A DNA stretch of 63,378 nucleotides, filler included, from Bigelowiella natans CCMP2755 (Eukaryota; Protista; Cercozoa), in assembly GCA_000320545.1 (NCBI GenBank). It is 4 parts of 4 records of this genome, joined end to end, with 100 filler letters (N's around TTAATTAATTAA, not from the genome) between each part and the next. Parts side by side here need not be neighbours in the genome. Positions count along the whole stretch, not along the records: positions 1 to 28,826 come from ADNK01001601.1; 3 more parts are not named here. One strand, given 5' to 3'. The notes beneath the pieces were generated by a model. That model was not told the DNA's origin. It did no database searches and saw only the letters and a program-made list of their open reading frames with translations. The translations under genes and the position numbers were made by a program. This document shows positions 13,303 to 25,448 of the stretch, in pieces (positions within the stretch are counted from its first letter, which is position 1; each line of letters opens with the position of its first letter).

Positions 13303-14229
13303 GTGTTGCGTCGAAGAACTGTTGTAAAGTGGAGCGAAGGCGGAAGTAGCAGCGTAAGGCTATGGAGAATGATGATGAAAAGTATATATATATATGTGGG
13401 GGTACGTGCGGCGGACGGTGAGCTGTCACCGATCAAATGGTTGCACATGACGTTTGCAATGCGATAGTTGATTTGAATGAAAAATAACACGCAAGACCAG
13501 AACCACACTTGAATATCTTTCAGCAGAATGATGGTTGCTATTCGGTATACATGCTAGCCGCGCATGTATACATGCACGATGTACGTTGGAGTATATTCTA
13601 CTCTACTTGCATCGCATCCTAGCGAAGTAAACTACATCCGATTTGTGCACTGTAAATACAAATGGGGTCATAACTGTACACGGTTGACGCGACACACGAA
13701 TGAACTGCATGCTCCCGTGACTTTCTCATGTTGTATTATGGTGTGCAATGCGCATTTTGGCTACTTTGGCAGTAACACACGTATATTTACATATAATATA
13801 TAAATATAAATGCGGCCTGCGTGCCATCATAGCATAGACCTACTGTGACACTACATCTACTAGCTGTTTCTGCTATGCTACATATATGTGATTAATGATG
13901 CAGGATCAGTGCATGAAAACGATCCTTATCTAGCTTATCCACGATTTTGCACATGCACATATCATGCACATGTCTAGATGTGGCAACATGCCGCATGTTC
14001 ATCTAGTCATGTGTCATGATAGAGAACTGCATGTGAGTACATGAGCTGCTAGCGATGTCAGCATTTGCTAAATTTGAAGACTGTGCGTCACAACATGTAA
14101 GTTGTCGTAGCTGTGGCGAAGAGGCCACTGACCGACTGAGGAGCTCCAAGCAATGCGTAAGTAATGCGCGTAATTACTATATTACGCACGATGCATCGGC
14201 TGCTACACTGTTAACGCTACCGCTAACTA

Positions 14230-14536
14230 GCTAATGCACCGCTGCGCGAAGGCGACAACAATGCCCATGACACGTTCAATACAGAACATACTACAGTAAT
14301 CGAGTTTGCATACACCGCCCTGCTCTGTCAAAAGGTGAAAGCTTCCCATCAGGGATAAGTCAGAGCAGATGGAATAGCCGTATTCATCGCACGTTAAAGT
14401 CCTGGCCCGCGTAGGTAGTATCATAGTGTTTCAGCGTTGGATGAGCCTGCGCCATTCCGATGCTGCGGATCCAAATTACGGAGACATATTGTTGTTTAGT
14501 AGTATCACGAATATTCTGGCATGTAACCATTATCAC

Positions 14537-14568
<32 letters not shown>

Positions 14569-15684
14569 ACATCATCATGGTCCATTTCTCCATCAAGAGA
14601 CAACTGACCTTTTATGAACCCCTGTGCGCCATACCCATATCTTGCCGGATCCATGTGATCATCACCCCCCCCATCGATGTCATCATCGTCCTCCGACATG
14701 ATGCCCCCTCTCTCATCGAAACCATCAGCCACCTGAGAACGAACAACAAAAGCATCATCATGATTCTGGTTGATAGGCAGCGGTGGGAGAGAATGGATGG
14801 GGATTTCCGTTGTCACCATTCTTAGTCATACCCCTCACCCACCCTGTCGTTTTTATCCTTCTTTCTCAGCTCTCTCTGCCCCCCCCCCCCCCCCCCCTTC
14901 CCTCTCTTACACCACCTCCACGTCTTCGCCCGGATCTCCAATCTGTTGATGAGTGGCCACAACGACGATGCATAACATTTAGTGATGATGATTAGAAATG
15001 AGAATGATTAGGAGTACCAAAGGTGTGCCGATATTTGCATACATGATAGTGTGAAAACATCGAAACGTTAGCATTGCAACAAGTTGGTTATCATCGAGAG
15101 AACAAATAATGCTTCCGACTTTAGGCGGAAAACTAACATTCCGCTCCTAACCCCCCCCCCCCCCTCCATCTTCTCTCATCTTTCCAATCCTAACCCTGCG
15201 TGTGCCGAGCGATACCACATTCGTCCTGACAACAAAAAACATAGAAATAATGATGAGGAGCGAGGAATAGGTTCTTTTCATGCCTGGTAACTGTTTTCTC
15301 TTCTCGCCATAATCGTCACCTTCTTCTTTTTCTTCTTCTTCATCATCATCATTATCATTTTCATTATCATCATTCGATCGTCTCACCTTGGTCTCCGGGC
15401 CAGTTCCTCTTGCTTTGTTGTCATTTTTTCTGGTAGAAACAGCCCGGAGAGCAGTGAAGGGTCCAAGTCTCCTCGTAGCTCCCTTTCAGTCTCCCCCCCC
15501 CCCTTTTCCTCAGTATTTTTGGATTTCTTTGAGTTTCTCCTTCTTGTGTCACGGTCCGCTTGATCACTGACACTGTTGTCATCGTTCGATAGCGACGATG
15601 AAGAGACTCTTCCGTTATATACATGTGTGTTATATATTAATATTATATTTATAATTAACGTTGTGAATATGTGTGAGTGTATGT

Positions 15685-15763
<79 letters not shown>

Positions 15764-16232
15764 AGAGAGTCATGTATTCATTCCTAATCTCCTCTTCCCC
15801 CTCTTCCTCGTCCTCACTTTGTGCCTATTTTTCTTTCTTCTCCTCCTTCTTTTGCACACTTCTTCTCCTCCTCCGCCTCCCCCCCTTCCTCTTCCTCGAT
15901 AACACTCTGATCATCGGAGGGTCCTTGCTCCATGATATGGCCTAACAGCTGTACGCGAAGGTTCCAGAGACGGAAGTTTTAGGGGTAATAGCAAAATTCT
16001 TCAAAGCGCACGGCAAATACTATTTTTGATATTAACACAAAGGACCTTTGGATCTGGCCTCAGGCCCCTTGAGCGCAGAAATTCCAACGTCTCCTTATTC
16101 CTTTGCCGCTCCTCCAACGCACGCTATCATCGTTTTGTGTTGTTATTGTTATTGTTGTTGTTGTTGTTGTTGTAGCTGCTGCCGCGTGTAGCACGTGGGA
16201 GGGGGGAGAAAAAGAGATAGAGCGCGCGAGAG

Positions 16233-16271
<39 letters not shown>

Positions 16272-16280
16272 GCATAAATA

Positions 16281-16316
<36 letters not shown>

Positions 16317-16500
16317 TCACTCACTCACAAACTCATATCCAAAAAAAATCGAAAAGTATTGTAGTGAGGACAAATCAAGTGTGTGTGATGGCGATCGTTA
16401 TGATCTACCTGTTGCTCAGTAATTCGAGGAACCAGCGTGCGCCTCATCACCGTCACCTATTATGAGAACGTCACATTTCTTATAACGTTGAGCGTAAATA

Positions 16501-16551
<51 letters not shown>

Positions 16552-16579
16552 GCACGCACGCACGCACATACAGAGAGAA

Positions 16580-16617
<38 letters not shown>

Positions 16618-16643
16618 AGGGAGTAATATTCTAATTTTAAATA

Positions 16644-16681
<38 letters not shown>

Positions 16682-17430
16682 GTGTGTGTGTGTGTGTGTA
16701 TGTGTGCATGTCTTATGTTGATTGCGTTTTATTTATTCTCAATATTTTGCGCAATAACTTGCTCACTCCCCTATCTCCCCCTTCCTCCTCCTTTATCTCC
16801 TTTTCATCATCATCATCATCATCATCGTCGTCGTCGTCGTCATCGTAAGTCGTTTTATATGCAGCCCTTACCACGTATGAGGCATTGGCAGCTTTACACC
16901 GATTCAATAGCTTCGATAAGAGCTGCCAAGTAATTGTAGTGTGTATAGAATGCGAAAAGGAAGGCGCATCAACCATGTTATCGCAAACGCACAACATATA
17001 TGGTGTTTGTGTTTGTGTGTTTGTGTGTTTGTGTGCGTGTGTGCGTGTGTGTGTTTGTGTGTGTGTGCGCGTGACAAGACTGCAGCAATGAGAATTGCTC
17101 CACTCGGAAGTGAAACTCAGAAGAAGGACGAATAAAATCCAACGTTTGTTGTTTGCCCCACGAGCTTAGTAGCGGCTTGGAAATCCTTTTCATTGCAACG
17201 TCGTTGCTACCTTCTGACTTGCTTCAACGCAGGCTAACGCTAGGTAAATGAGGGTCTTTACTACCTCGTGTGTGCGTGCTTTTGTGCCGTTGACAGCAAC
17301 GAATCGCATCTTCGGTTTCAGGCCCTAGGATAGATGGAAATACGACGAGCTATTCAAAAGTAGTAGTAGCCCGACATCAATTGACTTCTCCTTACGAATG
17401 CTACGCTCGGTGATTATCATATTTCAGTGT

Positions 17431-17461
<31 letters not shown>

Positions 17462-18252
17462 ATTCATCCACCCATCCATCCATCTATCATCAACTTATCA
17501 CATTCCCCATCGTTTCTTTCCTCCTCTTCTTTTCTCTCTTGTCATCATCATCATCATCATCAGTACCAGCCTATACGCCTGGAATCCTTTCGAAACGCGA
17601 GTCAGCTTCTAAAAGCAGCACAGCGTACATCGGCAAAGCAGCAATGAGAGACTAACACAGTCCACAGTGATCGAAAGCAGGAAAAGGGCCTTGGGCTCCT
17701 TTAAGCTTCGGTCTCATTTTCACTATCAGGGGATGGAATCGATGAAGAAGTCTTCTGAATCCAACATTTCCTTTTTAAAGAAATCTCCTCCCGAGCCGAA
17801 CGGCGTTGGATTGATATAGAATCTTTTGGGCGACAGACAGAGGAGGAGGGGGAGGAGGAGGAGGAGGAGGAGGAGGAGGAGGAGGGAGGGGGGGGGGGGG
17901 ATGTATTCGAATTTCTCGGTGATGGCACCTGGCCTGAGATCCGTACTCCCAAACGTCCAGGACCGAATTGGACGTTGAAGAACGTAGTATTCTGGAGAAA
18001 GTAATAGTTGCACTTAACAAAGCTACTTACGTGTCCTCATACTACCCATGGGAAGTACCAAAACCCACGGCGATGGCTCCCCAGTCTTCCTCCGCTTCTA
18101 CAGAATAATGCACACAAAGTGGTGTTATTGATATTCATCGCAGCAAAGAGTATACGATTGATATCCCCTCAAAGGCAGGGGCGCCAAAAGATGTTTGTAG
18201 AATCTCGAGGTATTTGCTGTATCTATGGGCAGTACCACTTGTCTACGCTATC

Positions 18253-18286
<34 letters not shown>

Positions 18287-18852
18287 GCAGAAGGGATAGT
18301 AGTGATAGTAGTACTACTAGTTGTTGTTGTAGTAATAGGTGGGGGGTGATTGTACCCTTCTCTCCCTCAGCTTCCTCCTCCTCTCCCGACGTTTTACGGG
18401 GTCAAACACACCGTTTCTCTGTGGAGAAGTCTCAGGTGAGAGTGGAAAAGAATGGGGATTCACAGATTCTATAAACGATTCCTAGCGAGATGATGGGCGG
18501 GGTTACACTTTGAAACAACATTTTTAACGTAAGGCCGTCCGCCCGTCTCTGGCTTCTCGTCCATCAGCCGTAGACGATGTCTCTCTGCCCGTTCCCTGAT
18601 TTTAAGTAGGAGGAGGAGGAGGAGGAGGAAGGAAGAGATGGATGGATGGATGGATGGATGGATGGGCTAGTGAAGGGGAGTGTACAAATGCAGCGCAAGA
18701 AGGAATGAAAGAATTCAGAAGAATCTAAAAATGCAGACTAGATAAACCTTCGCATTTCTCCACGCGAACGACCGTCTGGTTGGATCTTCATCCCTACGAT
18801 ATTACTCAATCTTGATGTTTCGAAGACTCAAGTGGCCATTTAAAGCAAGCGC

Positions 18853-18899
<47 letters not shown>

Positions 18900-19012
18900 G
18901 ACGTGCGTGCGAGCAAGAAACCTTTCTTCTTCTCAGGTTTTTTTAGTGCGGCAGTTTTGGCAAGTTTCCGCTTTTGCTTGCGAGTTTTGAGGACCCCCAT
19001 GTCAAGAAGCAT
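14230..19012 (-). CDS. probable many-exon gene(s) of unknown function with acidic low-complexity segments
   Basis: Short coding-looking blocks bounded by AG/GT between microsatellite introns, e.g. 'MGVLKTRKQKRKLAKTAALKKPEKKK', 'YYVLQRPIRSWTFGSTDLRPG', 'RFYINPTPFGSGGDFFKKEMLDSEDF', 'NDDDEEEEKEEGDDYGEKRKQLP'. Full model not resolved. Confidence 0.4.
15680..17070. repeat. intronic microsatellite clusters (TG)n, (GA)n, (TA)n, (CA)n, (CAT)n
   Basis: Directly visible arrays. Similar arrays occur throughout the introns, e.g. 54213-54285, 59662-59800 and 61190-61345. Confidence 0.95.
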
Positions 19013-19464
19013 CCTGATAGTGAATGGACAGTTTGATGGGGGGAGCGATACTTCTTAATCTACACGCCGCTGTTATGAGCAGCAAACATAATGACTCACT
19101 CTTTCACAATTCCACTCGCGCCCTGTGCAATACGTCTCTTCCTGAGCTTATCGCGCACTTTGACTCTTTTCCCTTTCTATTGTATTACAAATCGATGAGA
19201 AAGTGAAATACGATAACCCACGTCCGTACGGGCACACGCACGAGCAAATTATGGCAGACGAAGCAAAAACATATCGGCATTTCATTTGTTGTGACATTTA
19301 TCTGGTTAGTTAATTGTCGGACTCTTTAATAAAGAGCGAACGAATTACCTTGAATAAAACTTTGCCAGAGAGGGGTTTGAACTGGTACCCAGCGTGTAAT
19401 ATCAGGACGTAACAACCCTGCATAAACACCCAGTTAAATGAGAACAGCACGAAGAAGGGAACAA

Positions 19465-19499
<35 letters not shown>

Positions 19500-21296
19500 A
19501 CACCCACACCCACACGCACGCACGCACATTCATGCGCAATGTAAATGCCTACCAGAACAAAAAGTGCTGCTGTAGGGTTCCGCCAGCGCGGCGGGACTGT
19601 CATCCCAAGGCGCCCTGGCCCTGCCCGAGCTCGCAGGCGGAAGGGCGAGTTCGCCTTGCACTATGATCATTACACATATCTATCTAGGATGTTGCCGGTG
19701 CAAAATTATGTCTACAATCGAGTAGGATCTCGAAGTGTGATGTGTTGCCGTACACGCCGTGCTCGCTCACATGTTGGATTGTGGCAGGTTGTTTGTTTGT
19801 TGCGACATGCCAATCTTCGTGACGCACTGCCTGCTATCGCGAACGCTTCCGACCGACCACGTCGACTCTCAGGGCGGGTGATCGATTGCCGCACCCCCTT
19901 CCTCGGGGTTGGACGGTGTGAACCACCCCCTGCAAACTTGTCAGGAAAAAAGTGCTCTGGACCGGTCCTTTCATGACAAATGAATGATGCTTCTTTTGAA
20001 GGTCTGTTGGAAATCGTTCGACGCATTTTCTCTCCGTTCTTTTGGCAGCAAAAAAGAGTGTTGGGATTGCTGTTGTTCTTCGTTTCATGTTACTGTTGTG
20101 ACCAAAAAAAGTGGTCTTGAGAGGTTTCTGTCGGTTGTGAAATCATCTAATTTTGGCGCCAAACAAGAGTTTTGATTTGTCATCACATGATGGAATTGCT
20201 TTGTCGCCTTATGACAAAAAAAAGTGGTCTTGAGAGGTTCTTATTTTACTTTCTGTTGAAAAAATACGTGATCAAGTGCAAAAAAAGCTCCTTGCGACGC
20301 AGGTAGATCTAGCTATTTTGGGCTAATTTTGTCGATGTTTCCTTTTTCTCAACTCATTAAATGATAAACTTGTCGTTGTGTCTACAAAATAATCCTTTTT
20401 GTTGTGTCGCAGAAACACTTCACGCAGCACAATTCGGTGGACAAAAGAGGATTTTTGAAAGAAACGGATTCCAGGACCCCCAATAGTGGGGAAGTCAAGG
20501 ATGCGACTAAACTAATCTGGAATACGAGACTTTTCCTGCTGGGACTACTGGTTCTTCGAGCTCATTGTCCCGTCGTCTGCTCTCGCCAGCACATTTGCTT
20601 AGGTGAAAACATCACAACTTAAGCGAATGCGTACCCTTGTGAACTCCACCCAGTCAACAGTGGTCTGAGGGAATTTTTCCTGAGGAGTAATTAATTTGCA
20701 AAAAAATGACTAAATGAATGGTAATTTTGTGATAAATAAGGGATCCCGGTTAAAAACAATATCATGTGGTCACATAGTTCTTCTATGTACCCGTTCTCTT
20801 AGGTGACGTACGGCCACACCAAGAAGGGGTGGATTTCTTCAGAATTCTCTTTGTGTGCGTTCGAGGGTTCGTAGCTGGCAGCCGATTGAACCATTTCTCG
20901 TGGACTACCTCGGAGAAATCCAGTCCCTTCTTGCACATGCTCGACATTCTGGACGCAGAAATTATGTACATTAGGACCTATTTATGGGATACGACTATGA
21001 ATTTGTCGCATTTCGAGCATAATGTACCGGAACTTTGGTAACCTAAGTTGAGCGAAGAAACATTAAAATGTTTTCTCCTAGCCGACCCGAAGGGCATGGC
21101 GGATTGGACACTGCGACTTGAGGAGTTCCTACGCGCTGGGCTACGTCCGTGAAAATCCCCTAACCACCCAACCCTGCTCGTCTGTAAAAATACCCGCCCG
21201 CGCTTTTTCTCATACATTCATAATCGAATCACCCAGACCGCTTCCCCCCCCCCGAACATTTCCTTTCATCGAACCACAGCTAACAGAAGTAGTCTT

Positions 21297-22316
21297 ATGA
21301 GTACCCCCAGCACTAAGCAACGGGCCCTCCGAGAAAAGCCACTTACAAACCTGCAGTTGCTAAAGCATGCCCGATCTAACGATAGGGTTTGTCAAGGACC
21401 TGGCTTAACGATAAAGAAGAGCCTCCCCCCACAGAAACTTGACTTCCAAACGAGGAACCTCTCGCCTTCGACGAGAAAAGGAGACTGCCTTGTTGAGGCA
21501 GCCATTGCCGCCCGCGTCGCCAACATCCGATCACGAGTTACAGAAACGGACAAGCAAGACGCAAAAAGTAGGAAGCGGTCTTACAAACATTCAAATACTG
21601 AAGGAGCTAGCGCCGGTTCCATCCGCATGCAGCCACGCTCGGAAAGGAGGAAGGCATCTAAGAAGCAGCGCCGCAAACGTGTACTTCTGCTGTCCCCATC
21701 GCCAACAGAGACCCACTGCGCCTTTCCGATCCATCAGTTAGGTGACAAGTTAAAGGCACGCGAAGATTCAGTGCCTCTGACTTTCCGTGAAGCATCAACC
21801 CCACCACGCCCAAGTAATCCATTAACTGCCTCCCCTAGCTTGGCAGGAGCATCTTCCCCACCCTCTCTTCCAGTAGGCTTGCAATCGCACGTGGGTGTCA
21901 TTATATCTCATAAGGGCTCTGAGCCGATGAAGAGGATCGGACGCCGCACGTTAATCGTCGAGCTTCCGAAAGCTTTGCCGTCATATGCACATTGGCTCAC
22001 CGTTGGGATAGTAACTTGGCCAGGTAGAAAGAGCAAATCAGGGCGCTTGACTCTGATGAACTTCAAATCCCCGACATCTGTCGAGCTGCTCTTGTGCTCG
22101 GAGGCTGATGAGAACAAAGTAGACGAGGACTATCATCACGTCCCAACCGTGGTTCCAGAATCCGTGCTAAGAGTGCGCTTTGCGATTCTTAGAAAAGTCC
22201 GTCGGATTCGGATCGGCACCCCGGCCACCAAACTTCGTCTACGTCTTAATACGGATAGCTGTATTGCAAGAAATCTTAATCGCTCTCCCTTGCAAGCACC
22301 TGAGTTCAAGCTATGA
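21297..22316 (+). CDS. orphan intronless ORF, 339 aa, basic and Pro/Ser-rich
   Basis: Long ATG-initiated ORF with no recognisable domain. It could be a terminal exon or a mobile-element relic. Confidence 0.4.
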   Translation: MSTPSTKQRALREKPLTNLQLLKHARSNDRVCQGPGLTIKKSLPPQKLDFQTRNLSPSTRKGDCLVEAAIAARVANIRSRVTETDKQDAKSRKRSYKHSNTEGASAGSIRMQPRSERRKASKKQRRKRVLLLSPSPTETHCAFPIHQLGDKLKAREDSVPLTFREASTPPRPSNPLTASPSLAGASSPPSLPVGLQSHVGVIISHKGSEPMKRIGRRTLIVELPKALPSYAHWLTVGIVTWPGRKSKSGRLTLMNFKSPTSVELLLCSEADENKVDEDYHHVPTVVPESVLRVRFAILRKVRRIRIGTPATKLRLRLNTDSCIARNLNRSPLQAPEFKL

Positions 22317-22986
22317 GTAGAGGGAGAGATGTCAGGCTTGTTGATAAGCCATTAACGGCCTTTGTAGAATCTCCTTCCAGCCATACTGCTGGTTGTGTTC
22401 CCTACGAAGTCTAACTATTATTCATTAATCCTTACCATGTAAATTAGAGTTATCCATCCAACAGAGGAGTTGATAGATCCCTGCCGGAATAAAAACAAAG
22501 TAACCGTATCTTAAAAAAGCCATGGTCTAGTGTTATAACATGAAACTTTGTTTAAAGTTAAAGTCAGCCCAAAACTTCGTATTGCATTAGTCGTCATACC
22601 CTCTATCCGTCTTGGACTCATAGAAGTAGTCTATAAGTTATATATACATCAAACGTGAAGCACCTGATGTTATAACCGAGTTAGAATTTTATTTTCTATT
22701 TCGTCAATAAGTCAAAAAGTATGAAAATGGCCACAAGGTCTTTTTGTTTATGTTGATTTAATTGTTGATTAGCCTACAAATTGGATAAATGTGGCTCATG
22801 AATTTTCATCTGAGTGTCACGTAGTACTTCAACATGTGCAACATGTCTCATAAAACATCATTTGCGAGTCAACGCGTGTAACGCAGCCGATTGTTGTGTT
22901 TACGGGTTATGCGGCGGTCTCCGCGCGTGAGTGCTTTGCGTGGTCGCGATGACTAAAGCGTTCGGTTCGCCAATGTGCTCTAATAT

Positions 22987-25105
22987 CAAGCAATGCATTC
23001 TTTGCGTGATGATGAGCACAACCACATGGTGGCGAACGTGCGCAGCGCCATCAATTTGCCGCTGCCACAGCTGCACTGTGCTAGCTGTGGGCGCAGATCG
23101 AAGATTGCGTGCGCCACACGTTCTAGCGTTGTGTGTGCTCACTCATCGCATCATGATCGACACACTCGCTCAGCACCTTTGTGGCTAGATCATCGATCAC
23201 GCCTCCATCCATCTGCACACGGGCATCCTTCTTGAGCGTGCGCTGTGCTGCACACGTCTGATTGACCTGTTCATGTTGTCACGGTTGCGCGCCCGTGACT
23301 CATCATCGGTGTCTCTCGTCGGCCATGCCAGCATGGCACAACGCTGATGACTGTTCGTGAACCCACGTCTCGTGAGTGTTGGCAAGCTAGCAAGCTGCAT
23401 GTTGAAAAACATTGCACCTTTGGAACATCGTGACAGGCTTCATCGCTTTCTAGCTTTGTGCAGTGCCGCTGTTGAGCGAGTGCAACAAAACGTTGCATTG
23501 TTCGAAATCCACCTTGCTAGTGCACTCCGTGGCGTCACAGTCAGTCAGTCAGTCAGAAAGAAAGAAAGAAGCCTTTGATGGTGAACCAACACTAGAAACG
23601 TTGTGCACCTTCCACCGCTCTAGTGCTGTTGCACTTTGTTGTGCTTCTTCCACCCACCTCAAAAAGTGGCTCAATCGAGTTGCACTTCGTCAAAGGGAGA
23701 AGAGCGTTTGTGGTCCATGGGACACAAAGGACACTTGCGGTTTCAGAACCGAACAGCTTTCTGAGCAACCGGGACAAGTGTGCAACACGTCAGCACCCTG
23801 CGACACGAAACACTTTTCTCCTTCATGATCTTCAAAAAAACGCAACTCGATTGAGCTTTTGTTTGAGGTGGAAGGAGCACAACCAGACAACAGGCTAGCA
23901 GGGTGCGAGGTGAAAGGTGCTTGACACTGGCTGTCAAAGCAATGAAAAATGATGATGAACTGTGCAGAGTTGCTCCTGTGCACAGACATTGCGAGTGCTC
24001 ATGAGCACGAGTCACTCGTGAGTGGCTCATGAGCCACTCGTGGGATTTTCCCGAAACTCGTGTTGCTTGCGAATCAAAAGCACTCTGGCACTCGTGAGCC
24101 ACTCGTGAGTCACCTGACATTTTTGGGTGATTTCACTTTGAAAATGTCTGATTTTCAGCTTTGCTCTGAGAAGAACAGCTAGACAGGCAAAACGTGGTCA
24201 CTTCGTGATCAGTGATCATCTCGTGCTTGGTCAAGTGCACGCATTGTCAACAATCACATCATCGTGTGACACGCAATCACGTGAGCTGACAGCGCAACGA
24301 CATGCCAGCATGATTGTCAACAATGTGACAATGCATGTGATCAAATCATCAAATGGCGCGCGCATTGCTCAACGCACAACGCATGCGCGGCGTGTTTCGC
24401 AACAACGCAGCCCGCCGCACGCCGCACTGCGCTGTTGAACACACACAGCACGCACAACACGCACACACCGCACGACCGCGTGCACAAGTGCGTGTGGGTG
24501 TCGTGCATTGTCGCATTGTCCAGATTCTGTGCATGCGATGGCATCAAATTGGTGAAGATGGCCGTGATGCAGACGTGAGTGGTGCAGTGGCACACGACCG
24601 CGCGTGCGCTGGCGCAGTGGCGCAGTGGCGCAGTGGGGCGCAGGCCAGCAGGGACTTTCGGCTCTGCTGGTCCACGCTGGTGACCACAGTGACCACTGGG
24701 AGGGAGGCAGGGACTGCAGCCGAAATTCCCTCACGAGTCACTCACGAGTGATTCATGAGTGATTCATGATGTTGGTTTCGACTTTTTCCGGGATGCGCTC
24801 ACGTGCACTCGTGAACACGCAAGTGCCTGCACAGGAACAACTCTGGAACTGCACTTCCAAAACGTTGCAAGACACTTGCAGTGTGCGAACAATGAACAAT
24901 GATGATGAACTGCGTTTCCAAAGTGTTGCAAGACACTTGACAAGTGTGCGAAACGCAGTGCCTCGAACTGGCTTCAGTGAGGATCGACTGATTGGCAGAC
25001 AAGCAGGGTTTTTCAAATTGGTGTGATCTTGAATCTGGCTGTCATGGAACGATGCAACTAGCAGCAACGTGGCGACGACGCAAGACATCTGCGTGAAAAC
25101 TTGCG
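22987..25105. other. TpA-free hypermutated intergenic domain (probable repeat/TE relic)
   Basis: By eye, only 11 TpA in about 2.1 kb, all within CTAG. Contains internal direct and inverted repeats. Confidence 0.85.
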
Positions 25106-25448
25106 TACTCACGATCTGCTCTGAGTAGGAACTTCCTGAAGGCCATGTCTGCGCGAAACGCAGTGCCTCGAACTGACTTCAGTGAGGATCAACTGCTCGT
25201 AGCAAACCGTGAGATGAAACAGAGTCCTGAAATTGTTTCTGCGACAATGAACAAAATCAGCTTTTGTCTACGAGTCGTACGAGCACACGCTCATTCACAT
25301 GATCAAGACAATCTACGAGTAGGCAATTCACACGCTGAGTCACTGTCGCAGTCATGAAATCCCCTGTGTTCTGCAAGCTTCGCACTATCGCATCGCACAT
25401 TCCTCCCGATCATTCATCGAAGGAGAGACAGACGCTCAGTCTGCAGTC

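Noticed and set aside
22987-25105. Explaining the composition by fungal RIP or CpG methylation decay
   Set aside because: Those are C-to-T processes that increase TpA and deplete CpA or CpG. Here TpA is lost while CpA, TpG and CpG are plentiful.
22900-25357. Dense overlapping His/Cys-rich ORFs on both strands
   Set aside because: By-product of TpA loss, which removes TAA, most TAG and all Tyr codons. Not credible proteins.
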